Numbered from the whole stretch's first letter, positions 25,901-36,975 are shown. The stretch: DNA of 63,968 nucleotides, filler included, from Lenisia limosa (GCA_001655205.1; 13 parts of 13 records of this genome joined end to end with filler, not necessarily neighbours in it); one strand, 5' to 3'. A program made the numbers and translations. Notes: a model not told the origin generated them from the letters alone.

Positions 25901-25909
25901 AAATTTTAG
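16972..25909 (+). CDS. WD40 beta-propeller plus Ser/Pro linker plus long coiled-coil protein; more than 35 exons
   Basis: WD-type exons (HASAVRALAVHDGFIWTASSDFTVKSFD; LHGHTDAV; YLVSASEDGLVSIWD; HTTAITGL; DHTGGLTALCLVPSGRLWVASRDHTI), a Ser/Pro exon at 21025-21122, then heptad-rich exons (EVEDRVEARNEEIEGLKETMKEEK etc.) to a TAG ending at 25909. Confidence 0.88.
24076..24204 (+). repeat. Family D element forming the 3' end (acceptor) of an intron
   Basis: Matches consensus GCTGCAGAAG..CTGGGCTTTGTTTG..TGTGTTGTC.GCCAACAGAGTTGAT..TTTTCCAATTTTACCC..CCCAG and ends at the AG of exon LIDAVTDER. Confidence 0.85.
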
Positions 25910-25917
25910 CGCACATA

Positions 25918-25999
25918 TACAGTGACAGGGAGAGTATTTACCGATTTGCTATGTGATTTTCCAAGGAAAATCGGTCAAGACTTATCCCGGTCACTGTAC
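25918..25999. mobile_element. MITE family B copy
   Basis: TA-CAGTGAC...GTCACTG-TA, 9 bp after the WD40 gene stop codon. Confidence 0.88.
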
Positions 26000-26166
26000 A
26001 TATATATTAATCACATTCTTATATCCCCCTCTGAACCGCCAGAATCTGATAGCTTCATGACATATTTGACTAATTAATAATCATAACCTATTTCTTCTTT
26101 TTACCTCTCCCCCCCCCCCCCCNNNNNNNNNNNNNNNNNNNNNNNNNNNNNNNNNNNNNNNNNNNN

Positions 26167-26178
26167 TTAATTAATTAA
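26167..26178. other. Artificial scaffold-joining linker TTAATTAATTAA between N runs (first of 12)
   Basis: Identical 12-mer with stops in all six frames, flanked by N runs, starting at 26167, 29304, 30968, 33476, 36920, 39199, 42422, 45691, 48096, 56203, 58118 and 62812. Confidence 0.97.
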
Positions 26179-26222
26179 NNNNNNNNNNNNNNNNNNNNNN
26201 NNNNNNNNNNNNNNNNNNNNNN

Positions 26223-26338
26223 GGTAGAGCGGAGACGCCGTCGTGGGCTTGCGCTTGGTCATCCCGAACATAACGGATGATGACGTGTCAATGAGAGAGT
26301 TTGGTTTAATGGAGGTGGCGGGGGCTGGGGGCAAATAA
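26223..26338 (+). CDS. 3' terminal exon fragment of an unidentified gene
   Basis: Open GC-rich frame GLRLVIPNITDDDVSMREFGLMEVAGAGGK* at the scaffold start; no splice context visible. Confidence 0.4.
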
Positions 26339-26360
26339 GCAGATGGAGATGTATTATGCC

Positions 26361-26460
26361 TAGGGCTTCCCAACGATCCGAAAAAGACCGGTAAAATGTC
26401 GATATTTATCGAGGATTTATCGAGAATTTCAGTCTTTTTTGGGATCGAAGGGAAGCCCTA
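26361..26460. mobile_element. MITE family A copy
   Basis: TA-GGGCTTCCCAACGATCC...GGGATCGAAGGGAAGCCC-TA. Confidence 0.9.
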
Positions 26461-26899
26461 ATTAAGCCCCGTTTTGAAGAGAGGGATTGTGGGGATTGGA
26501 ATCGAAAATGAGAATGGGCTCTTTGAGTGAGGACCTTTGGCGTACCAGGCTGGCGTTCAGAGGCAATGGTGGGGCGACTGGAGAATGAGAGGAAACGAGG
26601 AGGGGTCAGACCAAAATAACAGTATTCATGAGAAATAAAACAATTTTCGAAATCAATGTCATTCGGAATGAATTTCTATTAACGTGTAAGGCACACCCGC
26701 GAACCTTGAGCTGATGTAGGAAGATGGGCGGTCCGAAAGCGACAGATCTGTGACGTTAGTGGGGCGCCTGATAACAATATACATATATATATACTAGCTA
26801 TATCTTTTCAAACATGGCTAGAACAGTATCATATATTAGTATTCTAATGAACCTTATTCCAGGTGGTAGAGAAGGCAGACTCGAGACCTCTCTATTCAC

Positions 26900-27000
26900 T
26901 CGGGTTTCACTTCGTTTCGAAAAAAAGACTGAATTCCTCGATAAATCCTCGAAAACTATCGATTTTTTACCGGTCATTTTCGGACCGAAGTGAAACCCTA
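26900..27000. mobile_element. MITE family A copy (reverse interior orientation)
   Basis: GGGTTTCACTTCG...CGAAGTGAAACCC-TA; interior is the reverse complement of the 26361 copy. Confidence 0.88.
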
Positions 27001-27054
27001 CTATTAACTCATTTTCCTACCCATTAGCACAATGATATATTGTAGCAACGCCTA

Positions 27055-29143
27055 CTGGAAGGGACGTCCCGGGTGAGTCGCGACTTCGGAACTTCTGTAG
27101 GGCGGAATTGCGACATCAGACGACCGACAAGGGTGGAGTCGTCTGTTTTGGGCTGGGAGGGGGGTAAAATTGGAAAATTTATGAAACAAAAAAGCCCTGT
27201 TGGCTGACAACACACGAGGGTTGAGAACAACANNNNNNNNNNNNNNNNNNNNNNNNNNNNNNNNNNNNNNNNNNNNNNNNNNNNNNNNNNNNNNNNNNNN
27301 NNGGATTGTACGTACATAATATCGACCCTTGTCCCAATAAACTCTTGTTATGCCAGGCTCACAGCAGAGGTCAGGCTGGTGGGAGGGGGTACCGTGGATC
27401 TGAAAGATAAGTTAGGAAAAAAAAAGGCGGGGGGAACGAGCAAATTTTCAGAAATTATTGATTCAATTCCAAATAGGACAAGAGATCAAGGTTACCAGAC
27501 AGGGGGGGTTTCAAGAGAGAAAAAAGTGGGAACATGCCGGAGAAAATGTCCAAAAAATAATCATCTTGCTGACCTTGGGATAGTGGTGGAGGTGGAAGAG
27601 GGGCTGTAGCGGAAGTTGGGAGTGTTTCGAAGGGTCAGGGCAAACCTATGGGATGTAAACAGTTAGACAAAAAAAAAAAAAAAAATTTTTTTTTCAATAA
27701 ATGAGACTCTTCTCATTAACCGGCACAAAGTCCCACCACAAAGTAAAAAGCTTATTTCCCCTCGGACCGAGAAGGTCTTGACGAGGACGAGAGGTCTGGG
27801 GCCTCGTACTTCCTGGTGGTAGTACGGGCAAGCGTCGGGGCCAGGAGTGAGCTGAACCTCGTTTCCTTTTTGCTGTCGTCTGCGGCACCGGAGATGGTGG
27901 CAGCCTCGGGTGTTACCACAGCCACGTCCTGTTGGAGGTCAAACACAATGGAGGCAAAATTGCTTCAAACAAACTGTTTATACTATAGAGTAATAATGTC
28001 TAAATGAGGACTCAGATGATAAGTTGTCGAAATGATCAAGGAGAATAGAGTACCTGGGGGGTGACGAAGAACGTGGAGGCCTTGTGATGGTGTTGGTGGG
28101 CCGTGACAGGGATCATGCGCTTCTTCAGCCCGAAGGGCTCAGGAATGCCAAGCTCCTGGGGGGGGGGNNNNNNNNNNNNNNNNNNNNNNNNNNNNNNNNN
28201 NNNNNNNNNNNNNNNNNNNNNNNNNNNNNNNNNNNNNNNNNNNNNNNNNNNNATGAAAATCATTTAGCATCCTACACGGTTTAGGCTCAATATCCCTTTT
28301 CATTCCAGCAACCTACATTTGAAATAGCGAGTCGGAAGGAGCTGATGGTCGAGTTTTCGTAGAGATTGACCTCACCCAAAATGTTATCATCCTTGAGCGT
28401 TAAAAGAGTTATATAATAGGAAAGCAGGCAATCTTACACTGATACAAAAAAAGCGTTATCCTCTGAAATCTGACCCCCCACAGTAATAGCCCCTTTGTAG
28501 ACGCGGACTTTGCGCAGCGGTGTTTCCGGTTCGGGTTCGGCTGAATGGTCAATCTCTGCGATAAAAATGGAGCAAATAGAATGAGACAGTATGTCATATA
28601 TCTCAAGATTATTGTTGATCACAAGTTATGACATGGGCTTCCCTACGGTCCGAAAAAGACCGTCAAAATACCGACAATTATCGAGAATTTATCGGGAAAT
28701 TCAGTCTATTTTGGGACAGTAGGGAAGCCCCAGTTATGACGTTCAAAAATGTGGGAATTAAAAGGCTTTCAAGCAGTTTAAAAAGAAATGCCACTTCATC
28801 GGGGTCACAGAACTAGACTAAGGCGGAACAACTTTTAGGATACGCAGTTCTCTCGTCCAAAGGTCCTTTATTTTACAAGGCTTAATCCTCACCAACCATT
28901 GACAATTAAACAGACGTCAGGCTGGGAGAAGACTTCGAGCGCAGGAGTCAACTAGCGGGGGTGAAGGGGTCTTTGATATATAGATATATAAATCTATTAT
29001 TGCCTTTAAATGATGCTTATGGAATGATAGTCCAATACGGTGTCTGAACGCCTTGCGGTAGTGCCTACCTCAGTCCAGCTTTCGATCTCGTTGTCTGGCA
29101 CGGGCTTCAGTGTGCACGTCGGGCTTTGCTCTAATTCCTGTGG
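27055..29143 (-). CDS. Hypothetical multi-exon protein fragment with low-complexity regions
   Basis: Exons with AG/GT ends: ELEQSPTCTLKPVPDNEIESWTE, EIDHSAEPEPETPLRKVRVYK, DDNILGEVNLYENSTISSFRLAISN, PKTDDSTLVGRLMSQF. No family recognised. Confidence 0.6.
28634..28731. mobile_element. MITE family A copy
   Basis: GGGCTTCCCTACGGTCC...GTAGGGAAGCCC. Confidence 0.88.
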
Positions 29144-29359
29144 GAGGGGGGGATTGCTAAGTAATGTCCGGAGTAAAGATGGAGTGTGATCAGTGAATGC
29201 GCCTCAATAAAAATGAACTATCTACTAATACATGATATGATATACTATATAACTGTAATNNNNNNNNNNNNNNNNNNNNNNNNNNNNNNNNNNNNNNNNN
29301 NNNTTAATTAATTAANNNNNNNNNNNNNNNNNNNNNNNNNNNNNNNNNNNNNNNNNNNN

Positions 29360-30110
29360 ACTCACATCAACGAAGCCGTTTCCGCAGAGTTTGAACTTCG
29401 AAAAGTCGGGAGCTAAAGGAATTAGAAAAATAACAGGTTTTTTTTAAGCTACAGGATATGGACAGCTTTGGTCAGACACATCATTGTTATTTATTATCTC
29501 TGTATGCTCAAGGTCCAAAATAAAGTTATTAATTCGGATTGAAGTCATTATTTCAGTATATAAAATGGTATGTTCCAAGAGAACACTATTTACACTAGAA
29601 AACTCTCAAAAACACTTCATACACATTGCTACACAAGACACCCCTTTGACCTTGATCCAACAGACAGTTTCCACTTTCAGTTTCAACGTAATTGTCCACC
29701 TGAGTACGTAAAGTAGGACTTCACAAAAAAATTTAAAATGTTGATGTGACGTTGGTTGGGCTTCCCTACGGTTCCAAAAAAGATGGATTTTTCCGATAAA
29801 TCCCAGATAAATATCGATATTTTGACGTGATTTTTCGGACCGTAGGGAAGCCCTAGATGTAGGACTCCACAAAAAGTTGAAATGTTGATGTGATGTGTGT
29901 ATTCAGAAATGAGAAAAAACAAGAGTTTCGGGAGCCGTTCACTCCACACTCCATCACGCAGGAAGAATAGTGTTTGTAATTATCAATTTGTAATTATGTA
30001 TAAAGGATTTGGCTGAAGCCCTTTGGTCCAAAACCCAAACACCAATCTCCCCTCCCCCCCAAACCTGTTCCACCAATTCAGGGTACCAGAACCACGTGTC
30101 GTTCCAAAAC
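29360..30110 (-). CDS. Possible spliced gene fragment
   Basis: Candidate exons PDFSKFKLCGNGFVD|gtgagt, VDNYVETESGNCLLDQ and FWNDTWFWYPEL; frames not linked. Confidence 0.3.
29756..29855. mobile_element. MITE family A copy (reverse interior orientation)
   Basis: GGGCTTCCCTACGGT...ACCGTAGGGAAGCCC-TA. Confidence 0.88.
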
Positions 30111-30224
30111 TGCGAAGGTTATTTTAGCTGGTGGTTTTATTTAAGGGAATTTAAGGGTACTTTATCAGTTATTTTTGGGGCATTTCTCAAGTTATTTCAG
30201 CGAACATTTAAGAAGGTATTCAAG

Positions 30225-30427
30225 AAAGCAGGGTGCCAACCCAGAAAATTGTCACGGATATTCGAAGAAAAAGTTTCGGTGACGTCATCTTTTAACTATT
30301 TCTTTTGCTAGAATTTAATGAAGATTGTGACCAGTATGACAATCACAACATTTGCTCTTTTGCTTCCAAAACAACTGCTCTACTTGTGGTTTATCCGAGC
30401 CAATTTCTGGATTGGCACCCTGCTTTA
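30225..30427. mobile_element. Inverted-repeat element, possible hAT-type MITE
   Basis: AAAGCAGGGTGCCAACCCAGAAAATTG..CGGATA pairs imperfectly with TATCCG..CCAATTTCTGGATTGGCACCCTGCTTT; no TSD found. Confidence 0.5.
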
Positions 30428-30815
30428 AGGGTATTGTACCCAGGCAGCGTTGATTTTGGGCCTTTTTTTGTTTCGTAAATATCCAATTTTACCCCCCCCC
30501 CCCNNNNNNNNNNNNNNNNNNNNNNNNNNNNNNNNNNNNNNNNNNNNNNNNNNNNNNNNNNNNNNNNNNNNNNNNNNNNAGATGATTAGTAGCGGACGAT
30601 TTAACGAGAGAATACAGTTTTCCAAAATAGCAAATTTTTCAGTATTTCAATGTCAGCAAAATTAATTCGGTGAGAAAATAGTGGTTTCATTCCAAGATAA
30701 AATATTTCACACAAAAGTATTAGTAATATTACTAATACTTTTGTATCTAGATGATTAGATACCATTTATATCTATATTACTAATAACCTCTATTAGTAGT
30801 ACGAACCATCTAGAT

Positions 30816-30865
30816 AACCTCCTCTAATCATCTAGATGGGGGTATCTAGATGATTAGAGGAGGTT
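30816..30865. repeat. Perfect 22-bp hairpin with 6-nt loop
   Basis: AACCTCCTCTAATCATCTAGAT-GGGGGT-ATCTAGATGATTAGAGGAGGTT. Confidence 0.9.
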
Positions 30866-31023
30866 TTTATATAAGTGGTCGAGTTTGGCCTTGACCGCGT
30901 ATTTAGCCTTGACCGCGTATTTGNNNNNNNNNNNNNNNNNNNNNNNNNNNNNNNNNNNNNNNNNNNNTTAATTAATTAANNNNNNNNNNNNNNNNNNNNN
31001 NNNNNNNNNNNNNNNNNNNNNNN

Positions 31024-31145
31024 TAAGGTATACACATGCAAATGTGAGGGGGACTGCATAAGGTATACACATGCAAATGTGAGAGGGACTGCATAAGTGC
31101 TTCTACACATGCAAATGTGAGGGGGACTGTATAAGTGCTTCTACC
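31024..31145 (+). repeat. 35-38 bp minisatellite, about 3.4 copies
   Basis: TAAGGTATACACATGCAAATGTGAGGGGGACTGCA repeated at the scaffold start. Confidence 0.9.
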
Positions 31146-31172
31146 AGGGTGTGTATCATTATAACCCCTCAG

Positions 31173-32414
31173 GTTTTCACAGTGAGTCAAGTGAGTTCCA
31201 CCTCTACCGTAACATTCCCATCAATGGGAGACCCCACGATTTTCCTACAAGGAGAACAGAAATCGCAGTCCATGACAGTACCCGTGGATGTGAGGGGTAC
31301 CACATTTTTGGGGAGCTTGTTTTTCATCAAAAAAAGCAGCTCTCTTTGGAAACTTTGAAAATTGTAAAAAAATTAACAATTTTAATATTTAATGACAAGT
31401 CCCTTTTCTATTCATATCCTGATTGTTTCGACCCCGCCNNNNNNNNNNNNNNNNNNNNNNNNNNNNNNNNNNNNNNNNNNNNNNNNNNNNNNNNNNNNNN
31501 NNNNNNNNNNNNNNNNNNNNNNNNNNNNNNNNNNNNNNTCTTCCACCACCGGCACTTATCAATTCATACTCCCACCCTTCAGTCAATCTTCGCCATCACC
31601 CCTTAGTGTCGAGTCAATCTTCCTCCATCACCCCTTAGTGTCGAGTCAATCTTCCGCCATCATCCACTTCGGCTTCGTTGAAGTGTTACGATGAGCAAAC
31701 CAAATCCAGTGCAGCAAAGTGAGGGGGGTATTTAATCAGATATCACCGTACTGTAGCATTCTTCATTTTTCACAATTGCTTTACATGCGCCTCTTGATAT
31801 TATTCTAGCGTTGAAACAATCCAAATTGCTGCGTTCTACGCTGTTACTCCCTTTGATGCAAATTTCATTCAATTTGGCCAGACTTCATCAGTACGTTGGA
31901 TGTGATTTGAATTATTGCTTCCAACCCAATGGGTGGTTCAAGGTCACAAATAGAGTGGAGCAATAATATAAAAATAAATCTATTGATAACCTTTGGTACT
32001 TCACGACCTGAGAAACTATTCCTCATTATTTCAGCTTACTGTTGTTTTTCCTCAAGAATTCGCGTCCCCTCCAGTTGTGACTATTACAATTGAAGAGGGA
32101 AACGGAAGTGGACCGTCCGTGTGCTGTACGCTGGATTCATATTTTAGGTTTCAATCAGATCCTTGATAAGTGTTTTATTTTTCAGCGGTGACAACGCTTT
32201 CAACAACCGGGTTTACGTTTTTGTGTCGCTGGACTTCAACGGTAAAATGTGCTGGACTTTTTCCCTCCTGCGTGTAATTGTCTGCTTTGAACAGTCAATA
32301 ATTTCCTTCTAAGCAAAGGCCTGCTTATATGTTAGGTTTTTATCAATCCAGGGCCCAGCAGATCTCTACTCCTGGCTGGCAGTTCTCGAGAACTCCGAAT
32401 CTGTCCTCCAATAA
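31173..32414 (+). CDS. Multi-exon protein ending in an H-type-lectin / gp53-like beta-sandwich domain (partial)
   Basis: Spliced: NFIQFGQTSS|LTVVFPQEFASPPVVTITIEEGNG|.VTTLSTTGFTFLCRWTST|GPADLYSWLAVLENSESVLQ*. The QFG..V.FP..F..PP.V..TGF..YSWLA pattern fits these domains. Confidence 0.6.
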
Positions 32415-32459
32415 CTATTCTTTTTCTTTCATTACATATAATCTCATTTTTGTAGTTGG

Positions 32460-33240
32460 TAATGGGGGTTTCACCTTGTTACAACCTGCCTCTTCGGGCG
32501 ATTCTCCTTCCAACGCGCGTGGTTAAGGTAAAGTTAGGCCTAAACCAGCCGGGAAAAGGAGGGAACTCCTCAGGTTTCTGCGACAAATTCCAAATTTTTT
32601 CGATCCTCCATCCAGCAAGGTCGCCTCGGAATTCTAGCAGGATCACCATTTGAAAAACAAAAAGTCGCCCGAGCGCAATTCGCTTTATACACACACTTCA
32701 GCCCATTTGCCAGTAAATTCGAAGATTCGAAGGACACGATTGCTCATCGTGAGAAACTTGTGTATGGCCACTTTTCCACTTTTGGCTTGGCTGCATTTCA
32801 GTCACTCCATTTCTATTTTTCCATATTATTTGTTTTAGGAACTAGGATCGGATTGCGATCGGAACAACTTTCTCTTATGGGGAACCTAAAAACGGGGGTG
32901 AACAGGGCACAGCTATTGTCTCTTTGATGATGACAAATATGGAATTATGGGAATTGACACTCTTAAACGTTAAATGCTGTAAAGGAGCAATTTTTTAGAA
33001 ATCAACCAAAGACTTTATCTGGCAGTCCCTCAACCACTGCCTCTTGTCATCCGCAAAACAATAAATTACCATCAAAAGCAGTACCATATTCAAAGACCTT
33101 CGGGGAACAAGCCCTTTGATTTTAGCACTTCATGAAGCTAAAGAATGAGAGGGGGGTTCAACAATGGTATAGTTTCGCTAGCTGCCCAGACGCAACCAAA
33201 GTGGAAATTGCTGATACTGAGTTCCATTTAAGTGCGTGGT
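32460..33240 (+). CDS. Hypothetical spliced gene fragment
   Basis: Candidate exons QGRLGILAGSPFEKQKVARAQFALYTHFSPFA and CPDATKVEIADTEFHLSAW with AG/GT ends. Confidence 0.35.
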
Positions 33241-33531
33241 ATTTGGGGAATATTTTTAAAAGCGAATATCTGTGAATAAGTAAATGCGCTATTGAAAGAT
33301 GCTTTTTTAAAAGTCTCTCATTTATATCATTGATAGTGCAACTTGATTGGGGTGTTTATCATTTTGGTCCTGTGCAACGGCTTTCGCACCTTTTTAGATA
33401 AATGTGTTCTATCCTGGTCCTGCTTCCCCCCNNNNNNNNNNNNNNNNNNNNNNNNNNNNNNNNNNNNNNNNNNNNTTAATTAATTAANNNNNNNNNNNNN
33501 NNNNNNNNNNNNNNNNNNNNNNNNNNNNNNN

Positions 33532-36500
33532 CCGCGAAGTGGCTGTGCAACTATTGCGGCAAGTGGTGGTCAAGTCAGAGGACGCGGCTCTGTTCCTTGA
33601 TGATTTTGCTGAAATTCTGAGTCATATCACCCGGGATCCTTCGCCTGATGTTCTTCTGGTTTGTGGGGTGTTGGTGGGTAGTTCGAAGTCTCATGAATAG
33701 GGCTTCACGCAAGTACTGAAAAGATTCGAAAATATCGAAATATATCGAGTATTTTTCGAGAAATTCAGCCATTGTCTGGATTGTAGTGAAGCTCTACTCA
33801 TGAATATCGGAGGTTTACCTGAGGCTTATCTTTGATGAGGATATCCCTAGGTTGTATCCAAGGTTTATCTTGATTTGGGTTTATCAAGGAATTTTTGAGA
33901 ATTTATTGAAAGTTATTTTACCTTGTTTGTGACAACTTTTGACTATTTTAGGAGTCTTGTGCCCTGGTATCGGCACTTTCTGAGGCCTGTCCAGATCGCA
34001 TCGGGATGCTTGGTGGAAGACTGGCTGCAGTGGGAGGGGGGGGGGGNNNNNNNNNNNNNNNNNNNNNNNNNNNNNNNNNNNNNNNNNNNNNNNNNNNNNN
34101 NNNNNNNNNNNNNNNNNNNNNNNNNNNNNNNNNNNNATAAATGTATACCATCATCATCAGTGTCACCACCACCACCATCATTTCAATCATCAACATTCAT
34201 CATCATCATTATGGCAAAACAATGATTCATTATCTGCGATCGTGGATCAGTGTTGATAATGGTAATGATATGATGGTGGTGGTGATGATAATGATGATAC
34301 TGATGATATAAATGATAGTGATGATAATGATAATGATGGTGGTGGTGATGGTGATGAAGACGATGAATGATACTGATGGTGATACTGATGATGAGAGATG
34401 ATGATGTTGGCGATACTGATGATGATACTGATGATGATACTGATGATGAAAGATGATAATATTAGTGGCTTTTATGGTAGAAATTGATAATTATTCATTT
34501 TCTCTAATCCCCCCCTCCTATCAGTTTACCCCCCTTTCAGATTTTAAGTGCACCTCTGAAGAATAAGAGGTTCAAAGTCCGCCTGNNNNNNNNNNNNNNN
34601 NNNNNNNNNNNNNNNNNNNNNNNNNNNNNNNNNNNNNNNNNNNNNNNNNNNNNNNNNNNNNNNNNNNNNNNNNNNNNNNNNNNNNNNNNNNNNNNNNNNN
34701 NNNNNNNNNNNNNNNNNNNNNNNNNNNNNNNNNNNNNNNNNNNNNNNNNNNNNNNNNNNNNNNNNNNNNNNNNNNNNNNNNNNNNNNNNNNNNCTTACCC
34801 CCTCTCCCCCCAGGCCCTCGGGGCAATTCTGGTTAAAGCTGGTCACGGTGTTATGGATGAAGCTATCCCTCTGGTGGTCCAATTCACCGCTGATGCCAAG
34901 CCGAATCTCAGGATCGCTGCTGTTGAGGTTGGTGATTGTTGTGACAGAGTGCTGTTGAGGTTGGGGTTTGTTGTAGCTTGGGCTTTACTTCGGTACGAAA
35001 AAGACCGGTACATTATTGATAGTTTTCGAGGATTTATCGATAAATTCAGACTTTTTTCGAACCGAAGTGAAGCCCTAGTTGTAGCCCTCGTGGTTTTGGG
35101 CTTTTAATTTATTTTATAATTTTTTCATTTCTGGCCCAGGCATCTTCTATTTTACCCCTTTTACAACCAGGTATCAGCTCTTCTTCTTACAGAGCATCTC
35201 GAAAGGGTCTCTATCCAGCCCAAGCTTCTACCTGTTATTTTGACTATGGTGGGGAGTTACAGAAAGCTGTTTGCACAGAGTTGTAAGGCAAATGGTTGGG
35301 TGAATTAATATTATACTATAATTCAATATATCTTATAAGCGTGATGTTGTGGACGGGGGCTGCAGAAGCGACTGACCTGGGCTTTGTGTTTTGTTGTTAT
35401 CAACCCTTAGAATTGATTTGGGCTTTTTCCTTTCATAAATTCCAATTTTACTCCTTTCAGATTATTCGGTTCGTGATTAGTACCTTCACGCCAATATTCT
35501 TCATCTAAATTTTCTTCGTTTTACTCCCCGTAGATTGGAGACCCGGTCGAATCGGTCCAAAAAGCTGCCGTTTCAGCGATTGACAGAGTCGGTGCCCTCT
35601 ATGAAAAGGACAACAAAAACGAGATTGCAGATCAAAGAGGTGGGAGAGGTTTTCCGTTTTTTTTTGAGGAAATTAATTGAAATCATTAGTAAATAAAGTT
35701 TGAAATAGATAATAATTTTGGAAAATAGTGTATTTTGTTTCATTTGATTAAAATTGTCTAATTAACTGCTTGGAGTTCAAGATAATAAATACGAGATCAC
35801 AGATCAGAGAGGTGGGGTTTTGTTGGCCTTTAGGGAACGTTTAGACTTGTTTTTTTGAAAACACTTTAAGCTTTTAGCTTTAGCTTTTAGCTTTTTTATA
35901 ACACTTTTAGCTTATTTATAACACTTTTAGCTTATTTATAACACTTTTAGCTTATTTATACACTTTTAGCTTATTTATAACACTTTTAGCATTTTTTCCT
36001 ACACTTTTTGCTGATGTTGTTTATTTGTGAATTGTTTTTCTCACATTTTTAGCTTATGATGTTGCCAAAGTTGAGCCTCTTCTCTTCGCTCCATTTTCAA
36101 GTAAGAAATCTACATGTTATGTTGTCGTTAATCCTATCAAAACGGGATATATGTCAAAATGTTGACCATATTTCCTAGTGAAGCATAGTCCTACTTTTGA
36201 GTCAAAATGATGAGGAAAAGAGGGTTTCTCCCAAGTGCATTGGCTTTATTAATACCTCACAGATTTCCCGTTTACCCCCCCTCTTTCACACAGGAGTGAT
36301 GGGATGCGGTGCTCCACAAGCGACTGGCTTGGGCTTTGTTTGTTTTTGTTGTTCTCAACCCTCGTGTGTTGTCAGCCAACAGAGTTGATTTGGGGTTTAT
36401 TATGTTTCCAAAATTCTTCGTGTCCCCTCTCCCCAGGATTTTTTTCTTTTAATTTGCTTGTTTCCCCCCATTACAATTCCATTATTTACGCTACAGGCCG

Positions 36501-36875
36501 GCCGCTTTTGGGGTCGCGGTGTGTGGTACGCGGTGGTTTTTTGATAATAGGATAAATACTCCGCAATAAGTCCTGACACGGATATATATATGATATACAA
36601 TGCGATTTAAAGAAATAATTCAATGTGTTTAAGGCGATTTAACTCGTTTTAAGGTCCGAAAGGAGCTTTTCAGTATGAAGAAGACGCTGGAGGAGGGCTT
36701 GTTGAACTGGACCGACGAGGGGCGTGTCAGAGGACTTCGATTCTGCAAGGCTGTGGGGGGGGGGTGTCTTATGATATCATATAGCATAAGATGTATGATG
36801 ATACAAGGACAATCGGTCAAGGCTCAACAGAGTGATCAAATGCTCCCATTCACCCCTCCCCCCCAGGTGTGCATT
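33532..36875 (+). CDS. DNAAF5: Dynein axonemal assembly factor 5 (HEATR2), internal fragment
   Basis: Exons RDPSPDVLL|ESCALVSALSEACPD, DAKPNLRIAAVE, KLLPVILTM|IGDPVESVQKAAVSAIDRVGALYEKDNKNEIADQ, RPLLGSRCVVR and GLLNWTDEGRVRG follow recalled HEATR2 (DPF..VRRESC; LLSSLNDEVPEVRQLA..DVGLQWQKEN; RPVLGCRELV; DITDWVVGTRVKS). Confidence 0.85.
33698..33796. mobile_element. MITE family A copy (degenerate)
   Basis: TA-GGGCTTCAC...GTGAAGCTC-TA with family A interior. Confidence 0.8.
34145..34460. repeat. (CAT)n then (GAT/GGT)n low-complexity tract, intronic
   Basis: Degenerate trinucleotide runs of opposite polarity. Confidence 0.85.
34978..35077. mobile_element. MITE family A copy
   Basis: GGGCTTTACTTCGGT...ACCGAAGTGAAGCCC-TA. 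Confidence 0.88.
35249..35533 (+). repeat. Intron composed of repeat modules C + D + E
   Basis: After the GT: C (about 35254-35352), D (about 35354-35457), E (about 35455-35533), ending at the AG of exon IGDPVES. Confidence 0.8.
35870..36010 (+). repeat. About 20-bp tandem repeat, about 5 copies
   Basis: ATAACACTTTTAGCTTATTT units. Confidence 0.9.
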
Positions 36876-36975
36876 NNNNNNNNNNNNNNNNNNNNNNNNN
36901 NNNNNNNNNNNNNNNNNNNTTAATTAATTAANNNNNNNNNNNNNNNNNNNNNNNNNNNNNNNNNNNNNNNNNNNN

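Noticed and set aside
31024-31145. CRISPR-like array (also 60845-61040 and 37490-37570)
   Set aside because: Units are contiguous with no unique spacers, there are no cas genes, and the context is eukaryotic.
36290-36420. Family D as a tRNA-derived SINE
   Set aside because: TGGAGTGATGG resembles an A box, but there is no convincing B box (GTTCRA), cloverleaf, poly-A tail or TSD. Not excluded, but unsupported.
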